From: Eledone cirrhosa
Lineage: Eukaryota
Length of the DNA: 64,000 nucleotides
Assembly (NCBI GenBank): GCA_964016885.1
Contig: OZ024742.1
Span: 226,548,001-226,612,000 of the forward strand
Direction: 5' to 3'
Shown here piece after piece: positions 48,540 through 61,105 of this stretch. The translations under genes and the position numbers were made by a program. The first letter of the stretch is position 1, and the number at the start of each line of letters is the position of its first letter. The notes beneath the pieces are model-generated. The model was given only the letters and a program-made list of their open reading frames with translations, was not told where the DNA came from and made no database searches.

Positions 48540-49320
48540 GGTACGAGTGGCCAGTTATGGCTGGATTGAACAGAAAAGGGTGAGAGAATTTTTGCCGGAT
48601 ATGGTTTAAATGCTAATGGGTTATTTGTAATATGTGTATGGAGAGAGCTATAGGAGAGAATATTGAGCTGGGTCATAGGAATGGTGTGAATATAGAAGGT
48701 GTGAAAAGGTTTTGTTACCTTGGAGGTATATTAGATGAAGAAAGTGGATCAGACATTTGACAGTATCTAGAGTGAGATGTGCATTGAAGAGGACCCGGGA
48801 ACTGAGTAGTATGCTAATGAAGACAGGTGTGTTGCTGAAACTGAAGGGAAATGTGTATGCTGCATGTGTGAAAAGTGCCATATGGAGCAGCAGGGAATGC
48901 TGGGTGTGACATCACACACACAAACACTAACATACATTTATCCGGTATTCGTGCCAAACCTTACCTTGGGTCATGAATTTTGGGTAATGACCAAAAGAAT
49001 ATGATCACAAATACAAGTGGCCAAAATGGGATTCCTCTGAAGAGTCTTTAGAGTAATGTTACTCAATAGAGTGTGTAGCTCGGAGATCAGAGAGTCAGTC
49101 CAGGTAGAGCCACGAGCCACTACTTCTCCAAATTGAGAGATCACAACTCCAATACTATGGGCATGTGGTTAAAATATCTCAGGAAAGAATCACTGGACAG
49201 ATTTTACAGGCAGAACCAACCATCAGGAGACCCAGCTTGGCTGGTCTTGCTTGGAGATCCAGCCAGATCAGTTGGAGACAATTGCTTCTGGCAAGACCCT
49301 CTGGAAGGAGGACTCTACCC
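48540..49320 (+). mobile_element. Highly degenerate RTE-like fragments
   Basis: Remnants of the FCYLG motif (ttttgttaccttgga) and LKGNVYAACVKSA (cf. KGRLYNACIRTA), plus downstream RTE-like residues. Confidence 0.45.
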
Positions 49321-49385
49321 CCACAGCCCTCTCAGGAATAAGTAGGTGAATAATAATTGTTTCTACTTTTAAATAATAAGAAGAA

Positions 49386-52300
49386 GGGGTTATGTTGGGG
49401 TTATGTTGGCCATCCGTGGTTTCGGCCGCGGATGGCCAACATAACCCCAACCCCATCCTCCTCACCCCTCCCCGCGCCCCACCCACCAAACGCAATCCAA
49501 AACTTCAGAGTTGGTACCATGAATGTAGGCACCTTAAATGCTTGAACGTAAGGAGGTTGATGTTTGCTGTTTCCAAGAGACCAGGTGGAGGGGCGGGTCT
49601 GGTAGATTCATTGTGGGTAAAAAACGATGCTATAAGCTTTTCTGGGTGGGAAATGATAATGGGCTGGGTGGGGTAGGAATCATGGTAGCAGAAAAATGGG
49701 TGGATAAGATAATAGACGTAAATAGAGTGAACGACAGAATAATTAAAATAAGACTTGTCCTAAATAGAACTACTATGACAGTAATATCTGCGTACGCACC
49801 CCAATCCGAACTGCCTGGCGCTATAAAAGACAGATTCTATGAGACACTGATGCTCACTACCTCCCAAATAACCGACAGTGACTATATAATTATTGCTGGC
49901 GACCTAAATGGTCACGTTGGACAACATTGTGACGGCTATGACGGAATCCATGGAGGCTATGGGTTTGGTACTAGAAATGAGGAAGGCTCCAGAATCTTGG
50001 AATTCTGTGATGCAAATAACCTAACTATCTGTAACACTAACTTCAAAAAAACGAGACAATCACTTGATCAGCTACAGATCAGGGGAACATACCAGCCAGG
50101 TAGATTATATCCTTACCAGAAGACGTGACAGAGTGTCTGTTGTAAACACTAAATCCTTCCCCCATGAAGAATGCACCTCCCAACATAGACTCATAATTAG
50201 CGACCTCATAGTCAGGACGAGACGTACTCGACAACAGAAGAGGACTATCCTCAGGAGAAAAATATGGAAGCTAAAGGACCCCACAGCCAGTAATAAATTT
50301 AAAAGCATATTACTTGATGCTTTCGACAGTAAGGAAGAGCAATTAGAGTCGTACAATATAGAGGAACAGTGGGAATTCCTGAAAGCAAACCTGCTGATGG
50401 CGGCAGATGAAGTCTGTGGCTGGAGCAGGCCTATAGGCAGGAGGAGAGTAACGTGGGGTGGAACAGTAAGGTGGAGGAGTCAATTAAGGCCAAAAAGCAG
50501 GCTTGGAAAGTATGGCGGGATGGGGGAAGTAGAGAAGACTATCAAGTGGCCAGGAGGGAAGCTAGGAGACAAGTGTGCTTCGCAAGAAGGGAAGGAGAGG
50601 AAAGAAAGTTCAAGCATGTTCTACAACGCGAGGACCAAAAACGTGAGGCGTTCAGGATTGCTAGGCAATGTGTCAAGGAAAACCGTGATATTGTCGGGGA
50701 GAAGTGTGTCCGTAATGATGATGGTGTACTTGCCATCACTGACGCTGATAAGAAGGTAGCTTGGAAGTGTCACTACGAAAGGCTACTAAATGAGGAGAAT
50801 AAATGGGAGAAAGACAGTCTCCCTCACATCGATCCAATAGAGGGACCAGCAGTGTTAGTCGAAGGTAGTATAATAAGTAAGGCAATCAAAGATATGAAGA
50901 CGGGTAAGGTGGCTGGGCCTTTGGAAAAAGTTGCTGAAATGCTGAAAGCTTCTGGAACAGTGGGACACACCATGGTCACCCGGATAGTAAACCAAGTCAT
51001 ACAGAATGGGGTTGTTCCGAAGGACTGGCGTAGCAGCATCATCGTTAACTGCTATAAGGGAAAAGGAGATGCCCTAGATAGGAGTAACTATAGAGGCATT
51101 AAATTAATCGACCAGGTCATGAAGGTCACGGAAAAAGTAATAGCGCAACTAATCAGAGAGCGAATTGATCTAGATGAAATGCAGTTCGGGTTTGTGTCAG
51201 GTAAAAGTACCACAGACGCTCTTTTCATTGTACGACAACTACAGGAGAAGTACCTAGCTAAAAGTAAACCCCTATACTTAGCTTTTGTCGACTTGGAGAC
51301 AGCCTTTGACAGAGTCCCCCGTTCCATTATCTGGTGGGCTCTTAGAAAACTAGGTGTTGATGAATGGCTTGTGAGAGCTATACAAGCCATGTATAAAGAA
51401 ACAGTCAGCAAGGTTAGAATTAACAACGAATATAGTGAAGAGTTTAGCGTAAAAGTTGGTGTTCATCAGGGCTCCATTCTTAGCCCCCTACTATTTATTA
51501 TTGCCCTTCAGGCTATAACAGAGGAGTTCAAGACCGGCTGCCCATGGGAACTCTTATACGCAGATGATCTAACGCTCATAGCTGAATCAATGGCTGAACT
51601 AGAGAAGAAATTCCAAACATGGAAGCATGGCCTAGAATCAAAAGGCCTTAAAATTAACCTGTCTAAGACTAAAGTTCTAGTTTGTAGGAAGGAAAATAGG
51701 GCACCGGTCCCATCCGGGAAATGGCCATGCTCAGTGTGTAGGAAAGGCATAGGTAGAAACTCCATTTTATGTCCCAAATGCAAAGTATGGGTGCATAAAA
51801 GATGTAATGGGATCACAGGTAAGCTAACTAAAAATATAGATTTTATATGTGGCCGGTGCTCTGTGCAATAAGTAGCAGCAAGTGGCCACAGAATACTAGC
51901 CCATTCCATTGCACAGATGGTTCTATAGAAATAGTGGACACCTTCCGTTACCTGGGTGACAAAATCAGCAGTGGGGGAGGGTGCTCTGAAAGTACAGTAG
52001 TTAGAGTCAGAACGGGGTGGAAAAAGTTCAGCGAGCTTATACCACTATTGGCCGCTAAAGGGTTCTCTCTAAAAATGAAAGGCAGGCTGTATAATGCCTG
52101 CATACGAACAGCAATGTTACATGGCAGTGAGACCTGGGCATTGTGTGCAGAGGATATACGCAGACTGGAGAGGAACGAAGCTTGCATGCTCCGCTGGATG
52201 TGTAATAGTAATATACGTGAACGGCAAAGCATAAACGAACTAAGGGAAAAATTAGAAATAAGAGGGATCAGATGTTGTTTACTCGAGAGAAGACTACGTT

Positions 52301-52875
52301 GGTATGGTCACGTGATGCGTATGAAAGACGACAGCTGTATAAAAAAGTGCAGGGCAATAAAAATAGACGGTAGCCACGGAGTAGGCAGACCCAGAAAAAC
52401 TTGGGGCGACTTGATAAATTCTGACCTCACACACTTACACCTCAATGTCACTGGACCGAGATCTTTGGCGCGACACAGTAATACAGAAGACCCGCCTTAC
52501 CTAAGTACAAAGTAAAACCTACTACAGTCAGTAGGTACCTCTAACAAAAATACACCCCCGTCCCACTACCCCCGCCCCATCCACACCACCCCCTTAAATG
52601 TGAAGTTATGTTGGTACCACAACATCCAGTCCGAAATAAATGAGGTCGTGTAGGTGTCACGACAAAAAAACACACAGTCCACGCTGTAATGTGGCCGTGT
52701 AGGCAACACGGTAAAAACCTCCCAGCCCCACACTGTAAATGTGGTTGGTGTTAGGAAGGGCATCCAGCCGTAGAAAACCCGCCAGACAGTCCTATGCGAG
52801 CAAGACAACCACTCTTGCCTCAAGTGGGAAAACTCCCGTCCAAACCCATGCAAGCGTGGAAGATGGACGTTAAAC

Positions 52876-52905
<30 letters not shown>
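49386..52905 (+). mobile_element. Near-full-length RTE-clade non-LTR retrotransposon
   Basis: Single APE-RT ORF architecture, structured 5' UTR, and a 3' UTR ending in (GAT)n at ~52,876-52,905. Confidence 0.93.
49480..52515 (+). pseudogene. RTE ORF: AP endonuclease + reverse transcriptase + Cys/His zinc finger, broken by about 4 frameshifts/stops
   Basis: APE motifs GTMNVGTL, QETRW, SAYAPQ, GDLNGHVG, QVDYIL, SQHRL. RT motifs YKGKGD, NYRGIKL, QFGF, FVDLETAFD, GVHQGSILSP, YADD (51,557-51,568), FRYLG. Split over ORFs 49538, 50064, 50453 and 51847. Confidence 0.92.
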
Positions 52906-52908
<3 letters not shown>

Positions 52909-53616
52909 GGCTTCCATCTTTTTTGTGATGTTCACCATCTTGAAATCAGCTGTCATCACTTCTGCCCACATCTTCCTTGATGTACCACTACTACATCTAT
53001 GCCTTCTACTTGGAACACATTGCATATGTTTACTCAACTGTCACCATTCAGACATATTATGTGTCCATATGAATACAATCTTCTCTTTTGTCCACATCTG
53101 GTTCCTCTTATTCCCAGTCTTTCTCTCTACTCATCCATGCTTTGTTGTTCAACACATATATTATGCATCTAAAAAAGATAGAGTGAGAGACAGAGAGAGA
53201 TAGTGTGAGGGACAGGGAGCGATAGTGTGAGAGACAGAGAGAGATAGCATGAAAGACAGAGAGAGTTGTGTGAAAGACAAAGAGAGTTAGTGTGAAAGAC
53301 AGAAAGAATTAGTATAAAAGACAGAGAGAAAGACTGTATTTTCTGCTGATTTTCATTGAACACTATTACAATTCTATCAGTGAAGGTTTTTCTTTCTCTT
53401 TGTCTATCTCTCTTCATCTCTCACACTCTCTTTTATCTTAGTATATATCTCTCACTATCTCACACAGAGATAATGTTCAAAACATTGATTCTACATATTT
53501 TACTAAAGTTATAATTCCAGTATATTCCATAGTTTGGTAAATCTTCAAACAATGAATGTCAACGTAGACATAAATTATTGGCCATAATCTCCAATACAGT
53601 AACAACACCGTGAATA

Positions 53617-53803
53617 TAAATAATTGTTTCTACTTTTGGCACAAGGCCAGCAATTATTCCAGTGTATTACTGGTACTTTATTTTATCGACCCCGTAAGGA
53701 TGAAAGGCAAAGTTAACCTCGGCGGGATTTGAACTCAGTCCGTTAAGGGACGTAACTGTGCTGCAAAGCATGGCGTCCGACCCTCTACCGATACTGCCAA
53801 TCC
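53617..53803 (-). mobile_element. tRNA-derived SINE, third copy
   Basis: aataattgtttctacttttggcacaagg…ggatgaaaggcaaagttaacctcggcgggatttgaactcag…gatactgccaatcc. Confidence 0.88.
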
Positions 53804-54050
53804 AAACTATTTGACAAGGTATTCAAAAACACTAAGTTATCTAGAATAACAGCAATGGAAAGATTAAAAAAAATAGGAAGAATATATTAAAATGGTTTAG
53901 ATCTTATTGCAAATGGTCTCAAATAGATTAACAATAATTTTATTGAAAAATATTAACTCTTTTGATACCACCCAGCCTGAAAATAATAAAACTGATGCTC
54001 CTATCATTAAAATGCACAAGAGACTTCATATGAGATGCAACCCTGTAGGG

Positions 54051-54237
54051 CAGTGGTTCCCAAAATGGGTTCCGTGGAACCCAAGTGTTCCACAAAGGAG
54101 TGTCTAGGGTTCCATGAAAAAAAAGGTAGAGGAGTATATTTATATTATGACCATATAACAGTATTAGACTTTGGGGTTCCCCCAAAAGTTTCTGAACCAA
54201 AAAGAGTTCTGCATTTGAAAAAGTTTGGGAAACCCTG
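54051..54237. mobile_element. hAT-superfamily (Charlie-like) MITE
   Basis: TIRs CAGTGGTTCCCAAA / TTTGGGAAACCCTG. 8-bp TSD ctgtaggg (54,043-54,050) / ctgtaggc (54,238-54,245), 7 of 8 matching. Confidence 0.85.
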
Positions 54238-55070
54238 CTGTAGGCGAATGGCTAAACCTGTGCATATGTGAGCTGTAACAACAACAAGCTACTTGAAACC
54301 GCCCCTGGTTCTATGATACAATGCTGTTTTAAAGTGTCTATATTTATCTATAAATCTTCCAAAATAATTTCAAGTAAGAACCTTTCTTAAGTTATGTTCC
54401 AGAAATTATCTTAATAATGAGAAAGTTAGTTATATAGCTAAACCCTTCCAAATACATGATTATTTTCAAAATTATTTGAAAATCTTAAGTGGTGTGTTTT
54501 ATTAGAAATATGTTAATGAAAAATTAAAAGGATTTATAACAATTCTCACATGCCATTAATTTCGTTAAATCCAGGGTGACTAAAAAGATTGGCCCCATTC
54601 TTATTTTTGTCTATATTATTTATTTTTTGACAAAAACTTAAGATCATCTTTGACAACCCTTCTGCAAGTTTCTGAATATTTCTGGGTTCAATGTTTCAAT
54701 TGGCTAGAGGAAGAAACTGTGTGACTGGTGCAAGGAAGTTATCTTATGACTGGAGAGCTGACTCAAATACTTATGAAAAAAACAGTGAACTCTGTTTAAG
54801 ACAGTCAAATGACAGATGGTAGCGGTGTTAAACTGGACGATGTTTTACAGCATCCTTTGTTTCATATTTTCCTTTTCTTTTTTGTTTACTTATGCATAAT
54901 CTGCCTCCCATTGGCTTTCAATATTTGAAATTTTTTTTTATTTCTGTTTTGTTCCCTTTTTATTTTATATTACTTGCCTCACTAGCTCTTTTTTAGTACT
55001 TGATATTTCCCCTAGTCTGTCATGGCTTACTAGGTCTATATGGACGTCTAAATTGATTAAATTAAATAAA

Positions 55071-56040
55071 CCAGCAGAATAACCGCCCGCGGGCGGTTTT
55101 CTGCTAGCATATGTAGTGTACATATTGGTATTATACGCAAATATATATATGTAAATTGAAAAATAAATTGACAATATCTTCTTCTTTGCTCACTTATTTC
55201 TGAGAGGGCTGTGGGGGCAGAGTGCTTCTCAAACACTCCTTCCAGTGTGTCTGTCAGAAGCAAACATCTCTAACTGATCCAGCTGGATCCCAAAGCATGA
55301 CCAGCCAAGCTCATGGATATTACAAGTAAAGTTTGTCGGAAGTCCCCTGATAAAACAACAGTGATTCCTCCAATGATTGTTGTGCTGTTCCAGATATTTT
55401 TCAATGTTCTGTCAATGCGTGTCTGTGAGCTATTATGCATTCATCCCCTAAAACTGACACACATCTTTGCAATACATGAGCAGCTCTTGTGTCCTTCTTT
55501 ATATGACACACAGACATTTCATTCAAACTGAGGCCTAAGTCCAATTTGAAAGCAGAATAAACTGTCCAACCTTCCAGATAAAGCAAACACTAAAGCTATT
55601 TTTTGGTCTTGTCAAATTTTAATCAATAGCTTTATCAAGAAGGTTTTACCAGTTCCACCCTAATCATTGAAAAAAAATTGACTCAAGTATAATGTTATGC
55701 ACCACTTTTTGATCATCTATTAGATTGGGTTCATTTTCGTTAATATTGCAGATGAGATCTTCACATTGTATGTAGTTTCTTGGGGAATTTCACTCCTTAG
55801 GCCATAAAAATTAGTTCTAACAGTGTGAAGAAGGCCTAATAAATGCAGAGTAGGTCCATCTATTTCCACCAGTTTGTCTTCAATCTTGATCAAAGCTGTT
55901 ATAATGTTAATTTGAAAAAGTTACTTCTGGGACTGAATTTGGATTCCAAAAATGTGCCAGAATGCTTCATTACTGCTGATATATCGTCCGTATCTGAAGA
56001 TGGACGCCTTATCCGATATATTTTGTTGTCTCGGTACAAA
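55071..56040 (-). mobile_element. Degenerate Helitron: PIF1-type helicase remnant plus 3' terminus
   Basis: Minus-strand peptides GGTGKTFLIKLL (Walker A), KIALVFALSG…TVYSAFKL, DECIIAHRHAL (Walker B-like) and GGITVVLSGDFRQTLLVI. Downstream GC hairpin ccgcccgcgggcgg is followed by CTGG|T at 55,071. Confidence 0.8.
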
Positions 56041-56049
56041 CTAGGCAGC

Positions 56050-56821
56050 ATTGGAACCCTTGTTGACATATTTGCACACATACTTTATAAGATCCCCACC
56101 ACTCTCTGACCCCCCCTCCCCCCCTCCCATACACACACACTTCCATTTTCAGATAAAAAAAGGCAATTGTAAACATGTCAGAGGACACATTAGTAGAAAA
56201 CACTTGGAAAAACTTAGGAAAAATATTTCTTCGCTTTCTCCAGTCGGTGCCTTTCTATAAATTTAAACGGCTAAAAGGTGCTTATTTGTAACTCTGAGGA
56301 TCCCCCCCATCACTCCCTACCTCCGTTTTCAGAAAAAAAGAGTCTTTTGCAAGTTAGTTGGATGTCAGATCAGTCAAAAACAAATGAAAAAATTTAGAAG
56401 AGAAAATATTACCACTGAAGAAATCTCCGAAGGCTCCCCCTTTGCTCCCCTCTACTGCTGATATATTTGGCCATGCTGGAAGTTGAACACCTTGTTGGAC
56501 ATATTTCTTTGTAACACAAACATAGCAGCATCTGTACTTGTACACATACTTTATAGTTATCCCCCTCTTGCACTGCTTCCCCCACCCATTCATTTTTCAG
56601 ATAAAAAAGCCAATTGTGAGCATGTTGAAGGTCAGACTAGTTGAAACCACATGAAAAACCCTGGGATAAACAAATTCTTTCACAATCCCCAGCAGGTGCT
56701 TTAAATAAATTTAACCCGGTCCACCTCCGTTTTCAGAAAAAAAAGTCGTTGGCAAGTGAGTTGGATATCAAGTTGGTCTAAAAAAATGAAAAAAACCTAG
56801 AAAAGAAAACAATTACCACTG
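56050..56821. repeat. Diverged tandem duplication (two ~350-370-bp copies)
   Basis: Shared blocks ccttgtt.gacatattt, cattttcagataaaaaa, acctccgttttcagaaaaaaa and attaccactg at 56,050-56,417 and 56,480-56,821. Confidence 0.75.
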
Positions 56822-58130
56822 GCATAGGTGGGTGAAGGGTCCCTCTTCACCCACCTATGCTGCTTCAGTATATCCTCATTAGTATCAAGAACTGACAAAA
56901 CTAGCTCCTTCCACTGTAGTAAAGCTTCATCCATGTCCCTGTTGAAACTAGATCATGTTGGAAAGGAGTGGATGTTACTTGCTAAAGGGGAGCAAGTGTG
57001 GATGGAGGAAAGAAAACAAGGAAGAGACAGAGACAAGTATTTATGCAGACCCCCAATCCATTTGGGCAAGGCAGCCTGGTTGTGGGATGCTGGAGAGCAT
57101 CTGACATTGACCAAGCATTTGAGTTCACTAAAGATTTAGTTGTCAAAGCATTGGAGAGACAATGAAAATCTATAAGAAGGACTAACTCTGAGGAAATACA
57201 AAAACTTAGGAATTGACAAATAATTCCTAAGTATAAAAAAAACTTTGGTGAAGCTCAAAAGTTGCTTGATGTTAGCCAACTTGGATCGAAAGATGGACTC
57301 AAGAGCTCAGTCAGTACTTGAGGCTCCAAGGGAGTACCACACTGATGAGGGAGGAACCACTATAGAGGAGAAGGAATCTGTAAATAGGTTTACAGTATGC
57401 TGATGGGAAACTGGGTGGTTGAAGAGCCAGAGCTCACATTTGGGACTTTTGACATGAAGGCCTCTTTGACCAAGTTCCTCAATCATTGTCCTTGCAGTTG
57501 CAAGGACCTTATCTGGAGGACTCTCCTTCCCTAACAAGCATCATCAAGATCTTGGTAACATCATTAATACTCATTGCAAATAGAGTAGGTCACCCTGTTG
57601 GATCTCTGAGGCATATAGGATGGAACGGTCACCAAAGGAGAGGTAGGAGGGCTTCCGATAAGCTTGCCAAGCAAAGTGGTAAAGCCCTCTCCCTTACTGA
57701 ATGAAGGATGACATCCTGACTGATGGAATTGAAGGCGTTCCTGAGATCTAGTTTGAGAATAACCTTAGGGGTCTCAGAAGGTAAGTTATGTTGGTAAAAG
57801 CCCTAGCGACATGAGCAGCAGCCTCACAACCTAGCTTGGTACCCACTCCTTGCTGAATAGAGGAAAATTTGGCAGACAGACAGTTTGAAACCAAAGACAG
57901 ACACACTTTCACTGTGAGCCATCACAGAGTGCACCCTACTGCTATGGAGCAGAGGTCACCATTGGGCTTTGTGAGGCCAAACAGCTTAACCCCAAAGAAT
58001 GGGGGAGAATGTAAAAAACAGGACACTCTCAGGCAAGAACATATTAACAAACTGGTTTAGATTCTCCAAAAGTTCAAGACCAGTATCACCGGCCGACAGG
58101 GAGATACCATCCTTGAGATGTTGAGGTCAT
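56822..58130 (-). mobile_element. Degenerate CRE-like (RLE-type) non-LTR retrotransposon RT fragment
   Basis: Minus-strand peptides LTKPNGDLCSIAVGCTL, QQGVGTKLGCEAAAHVAR, ILKLDLRNAFNSI, IQQGDL and GLHVKSPKCEL match CRE-type RT motifs (RPIAVG, QLGVG..GGCEA..H, LD..NAFNS). Confidence 0.72.
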
Positions 58131-58149
58131 AAACCACCAATGTCGCAGT

Positions 58150-58722
58150 CAAATGGCCTGTCCCTCCTCATAGTGGTGTCATCCAGTGCTGGGCTCCAAA
58201 ACCATGGTTCCACTGTGTGAAGGGTTTGACACAGCCAACTGGCCTGTCCCTCCACATAGCTCAGTCCCAGGCTCCCAAGTCTAGAATGTGGCCTTGCTGT
58301 GAGGTGTGTGTCATGGCCAACTGATCTGCCCCTTCTTGTAGCGGTACCATGTGACACCTGAACTGAGGGTCCACTGCGTGAAGGGTTTGGTGTAGCCAAC
58401 TAACCTGTCCCTCTGCATTGTGGTGCCATCCAGCACCAGTTTACCAAACTATGGTTCCGCACCTGTCCCTCCTCATAGCGGTGTCATCCAGTACCAAGTC
58501 CCTAATCTATGGTTAGATGGGTTTGGTATGGCCGACTGGCCTGTCCCTCTTCATAGAAGTGCTATCCAGTACCAGCCCCCAAAACTATGACAACGCTGTG
58601 AGATGGATTTGGCTCTTCATATCGCTACCATCCAGTACTCATATCCAAAACTATGGTTTCGCTGTGAGACAGGTCTGGCGTGGCCAACTGGCCTGTCCTG
58701 CTTCATAACAAAGCCATCCAGT
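58150..58722. repeat. Diverged ~80-bp tandem repeat, about 7-8 copies
   Basis: Recurring gccaactggcctgtccctc..catag…catccagtac…aaactatggtt…gggtttgg. Confidence 0.75.
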
Positions 58723-58897
58723 TCTACACTGTAAATGTGGTTGGTGTTAGAAAGGGCATCCAGCTGTAAAATACTGGCCAAATTTACAGTCCTCATTGGA
58801 GCAAGGTACAGCGTTGCCAATTCTGGCCAGACTTGCCTCCCGGTGTGGCCAACCCGTCTAACCCATGCAAGCATGGACAAATTGGTGATGATGATTA
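58723..58897 (+). mobile_element. RTE-type 3' UTR fragment
   Basis: acactgtaaatgtggttggtgttagaaagggcatccagctgtaaaa…aacccatgcaagcatgga…(GAT)n. Confidence 0.75.
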
Positions 58898-60292
58898 TGT
58901 AAGTGTTCTGTTGGGGAAAATGAATCAGATTTATACTATGATCTTTTTTCTTTATATGAGACAAAACACCCACATAGTAAAAAAATAATACAGGATTTGA
59001 ATTTACAGTTTTAGTTTATTCTTTATAAAGTAAATCATATTTCACTATTAAAAACTAGAGATTTTGTTTTATCTTTTATTGTTTTAATTATATTCTGTGG
59101 TCCCTAAATGCTGAACTATATCCATTTATTTACAAGTAATATAAGAGAGAGATACTGGGTCTCTGAAGACCACTAGACTATATAATTATTGGGGTTTTAA
59201 AAAGCTTACACATGTTAATATAGTGCTTGGGTGAAATATCACTTGATGCCACTTCAAAAGGGGGAAGTTGACGAAACCTGTAATTGCGAGGGGAAGAATG
59301 TGGCATGTGTCTTTGAGAAACACAGAACTACTTATTAAGGTTTGAAAAATTACTAGATGATAATTCAAAATGGGGGAGGAATAAAGGAAACTTGAGACTG
59401 AAAGAAGAGAAATATGACCTTGGTCTCTAAGAGTATGGTGCTCGGGTGAAAAATTACTAAATGACAATTCAAAATGTGGTAATAATGCAACCTGGGTCGT
59501 TGTGAACCACTACCGTGTCTAATAAAGTTTATATATGAATACGGATGTTGAACTAACAAGGGAGACAACAACATATGGCTTGATAAATTCACAATTTTTG
59601 CTGATTCATCTCACCTTGCTTTTGCATCAATAAAATATTTTTGAATTACTTGAAATAGTTGCCTTTATCTATTTATTTATTTGTATTCTATAAATAGCAA
59701 CATTTTGTTTATATCATACACAACAGCAACAAATCGATTTAATATTAAACTATATTGAATGGAAATGTTGAACAGGGAATAAATAAGATAATTGTAACAT
59801 CACACAAACTGGTTGGTTGATTACGACGAAATATGGGTTCGATTCTCCCTTCGTGTTGCTTTTTATTTTTTTTGCTTTATTGTTGTGTATCTGTTCGATG
59901 TTATATTCCTATTCTGTGTAGAGATAAATTTGAGTGAAGTGTTTCTAATAAAGTTTCTTTCATTAATGGTAAATAATACACAATTGTAATACATATATTA
60001 CGAACAAACACACATATATATACATACCTACACACAAGCATATACAGCGATGTATACACATACACTTATATATAACATATATAAATATTATTTTACTGCG
60101 ACTATGTTAGGACATTGACATTAGAGGTTTAGTTGGTCATATCGAACCCAGAATTTATTTAATTCAGTTGCTTATTTTATCTATCTCTATTTGTCGAACC
60201 GCTGAATTACGGTACATAACTAGTTTTAATTTCGGTGTAATCAAATGATAAACACAATCACGGAAATACACACACACACACTCTCTCTTTAT

Positions 60293-60382
<90 letters not shown>

Positions 60383-60385
<3 letters not shown>

Positions 60386-60458
60386 GTGTCCACAAAAATG
60401 TATACACACTTTGATTAGAATGCTGTAGAAGTGTGTATACATTTTTTGGGACACCCTG
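60383..60458. mobile_element. Tiny Tc1/mariner-like MITE remnant
   Basis: Inverted repeats gtgtccacaaaaatgtatacacactt / aagtgtgtatacattttttgggacaccctg around a ~17-bp spacer. The right end reads CAGGGTG on the minus strand. Confidence 0.55.
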
Positions 60459-60499
60459 TCATCATCATCCAGTTTTTTAGTTATTATTATGCAGGACAC

Positions 60500-61059
60500 A
60501 ATTAATCCCTAAGTAGGGGTGGGTCCTGCCTGACAACGCTCCCTAGCGTCCCGCTCCATGTGTTTCTGTCCACCAGTCTCACTTGGGTCAGGCCAAGCCT
60601 AGCTTGATCCCGACGGACATCCTCCATCCAAGTCCTTTTTTATCTTCCTGGGCCTTTACTGCCTCCTGGATCGACATTCCTTATTTTGCTAATCCAGCCC
60701 TCAATACACTCGACATGGTCGTACCAGCGCATGCGTCTCGTGTGAAAGACATCCTTGCGGTCATCAATTAGCAGTCTTTTCAGGAGCTCAGTTGAGCTGA
60801 CATCATCCTCAGTGGTCACACTGCACATTCAGCGGATCATAGGTCTATAATTTCTTCTGAGCTGATTCATAAAGTCGGATGACATGGGCCAGGTCTCTCT
60901 GGTGTGGAGCAATACCCTTCTCACGCAGGCGTTGTAAATACTCCTCTTGGTGACTAATGGCAGCCAGCATGTTTCAAGTATTGGAAAAATGGAAGAAGCT
61001 GCCTAAACCTGTTCTGTGTGCGGAGTTGCACTGAGTAATGGCAGCAAGCTCTGCTCCAG

Positions 61060-61062
<3 letters not shown>
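60500..61062 (-). mobile_element. Degenerate RTE LINE 3' fragment
   Basis: Minus-strand peptides IYNACVRRVLLHTRETWP and RRMRWYDHVE. Confidence 0.7.

Positions 61063-61100
<38 letters not shown>

Positions 61101-61105
<5 letters not shown>

Noticed and set aside
50105-52232. Minus-strand ORFs over the RTE element
   Set aside because: Antisense shadows of the RT coding frame.
59590-59680. Possible upstream exon of the repeat gene (minus-strand donor aag|gtgag near 59,615)
   Set aside because: Only a splice-like motif, with no recognisable coding content or signal peptide; unsupported without transcripts.
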